From NCBI GenBank assembly GCA_022841645.1, contig JALHRC010000005.1:2804-66803 (forward strand): a stretch of DNA of 64,000 bases, given 5' to 3'. The notes under the pieces were generated by a model. It was not told the DNA's origin and ran no database searches. It saw nothing but the letters and a program-made list of their open reading frames with translations. The translations under genes and the position numbers were made by a program. This document shows positions 63,251-64,000 of this stretch, piece after piece (the first letter of the stretch is position 1; every line of letters begins with the position of its first letter). Origin of the DNA: Minisyncoccota bacterium (lineage in GTDB: Bacteria; Patescibacteriota; Minisyncoccia; Phycocordibacterales; UBA918).

Positions 63251-64000
63251 TTACACTGCGGTTCCCACTGGGCGGCGTCGTTTTGAAAGCGGGCTCCGTA
63301 TCGGACGCTTCCTCACATCAAACACGAGTTCATCCTTCTTCATCGCCACCTTCACAATTCCGCCATGGAGCATCCCTTCACCGATCATCATGTTCGCGAC
63401 GGGGGTGAGAATCTTGCTTTGGATAACACGCTTTAGGGGACGTGCGCCAAACTTAGGATCGTAGCCCTCTTTGGCAAGGAATTCGAGCACCTCATCGGTC
63501 ACCGAGAGAAGAATTTGCTTCTTCTCCAGCCGCTTCTTTACATCCTCTACCTGGATACCGACGATACTGCGAATCGTTTCGGGCGAGAGAATGTCAAAGA
63601 CAATAATTTCATCAAGACGATTAAGAAACTCGGGGCGGAAGAAGAGCTTGAGACTCTCCATCACCTTGCCCTTGGCATGTGAGTACTGCGCCTGCTCTCC
63701 CTTCTCAATCGCAAAGCCGAAGTTTGACATGCGGTCGATGTGCTCGGCACCAATATTCGAGGTCATGATGATGACGGTATTGCGGAAGTTTACCTTGCGA
63801 CCCTTGGCATCGGTCAAGTGACCAGAATCAAGCACCTGAAGGAGAATATTGAATACTTCTGGGTGCGCCTTCTCTACCTCGTCGAGCAAAATGACGGAGT
63901 ACGGACGATGACGCACCCGCTCAGTGATAGTACCTCCTTCCTCATGCCCAACGTAGCCTGGTGGTGAGCCAATGATCTTAGACACCGCGTGCTTTTCCAT
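63251..64000 (-). CDS. Clp-family AAA+ ATPase (ClpB/ClpC-like), C-terminal 249 aa; the 5' end lies beyond the window
   Basis: It has the D2 AAA+ sensor and ClpB_D2-small motifs (SPPGYVGHEEGG, VILLDEVEKAHPEVFNILLQVLD, RNTVIIMTSN, VVFD...L). Confidence 0.8.
   Translation of the reverse strand: MEKHAVSKIIGSPPGYVGHEEGGTITERVRHRPYSVILLDEVEKAHPEVFNILLQVLDSGHLTDAKGRKVNFRNTVIIMTSNIGAEHIDRMSNFGFAIEKGEQAQYSHAKGKVMESLKLFFRPEFLNRLDEIIVFDILSPETIRSIVGIQVEDVKKRLEKKQILLSVTDEVLEFLAKEGYDPKFGARPLKRVIQSKILTPVANMMIGEGMLHGGIVKVAMKKDELVFDVRKRPIRSPLSKRRRPVGTAV

Overview
This is a 64-kb bacterial chromosomal segment with roughly 53-55% GC overall. Three stretches are compositionally aberrant: GC-rich pockets at about 5.9-7.1 kb and 10.4-10.9 kb, and an AT-rich block at about 56.3-59.6 kb. 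I call about 75 protein-coding genes, four tRNA genes (Gln-CUG, Leu-CAA, Trp-CCA, Tyr-GUA), several tRNA 5'-fragments, no rRNA and no CRISPR array. Housekeeping genes include serS, topA, a RelA/SpoT-type (p)ppGpp enzyme, parB, miaA, a short dnaX, dprA, dus, rmuC, dgkA, a PIF1-like helicase and the C-terminal end of a Clp ATPase. The short gamma-only dnaX, many small membrane proteins, VirB2/TrbC-like pilin-like proteins and dense perfect hairpins are compatible with a small-genome lineage such as Patescibacteria (CPR); this is inference only. The features most worth a second look are listed below.
- Two independent extracytoplasmic methionine-sulfoxide-reductase modules: a Met-rich thioredoxin next to a CcdA-MsrA-MsrB tri-domain fusion, and a MsrB next to a glutaredoxin-CcdA fusion.
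- A translationally coupled operon of six tiny single-TM proteins.
- A roughly 65-bp promoter/operator module with a perfect 36-40 bp palindrome, duplicated in front of two genes, with a third related palindrome elsewhere.
- Two GC-rich mini-cassettes, each with a consensus promoter, an SD-preceded Gly/Ala-rich small ORF and a hairpin terminator.
- A roughly 300-nt structured leader with its own promoter and attenuator-like terminator in front of serS, a T-box candidate.
- Duplicated 5' halves of tRNA-Trp and tRNA-Tyr flanking short repeat- and hairpin-rich inserts, bracketing a pilin-like gene trio.
- An AT-rich island next to tRNA-Tyr carrying a zinc-ribbon membrane protein, a DUF559 endonuclease-like protein, a canonical Fic protein and a RhuM-Doc-type protein bracketed by 24-nt direct repeats.
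- Two decayed copies of a RAYT/IS200-like transposase 5' end, one fused to a TspO fragment, near a HicAB pair.
All functional calls rest on motif recognition by eye; no database search was possible.
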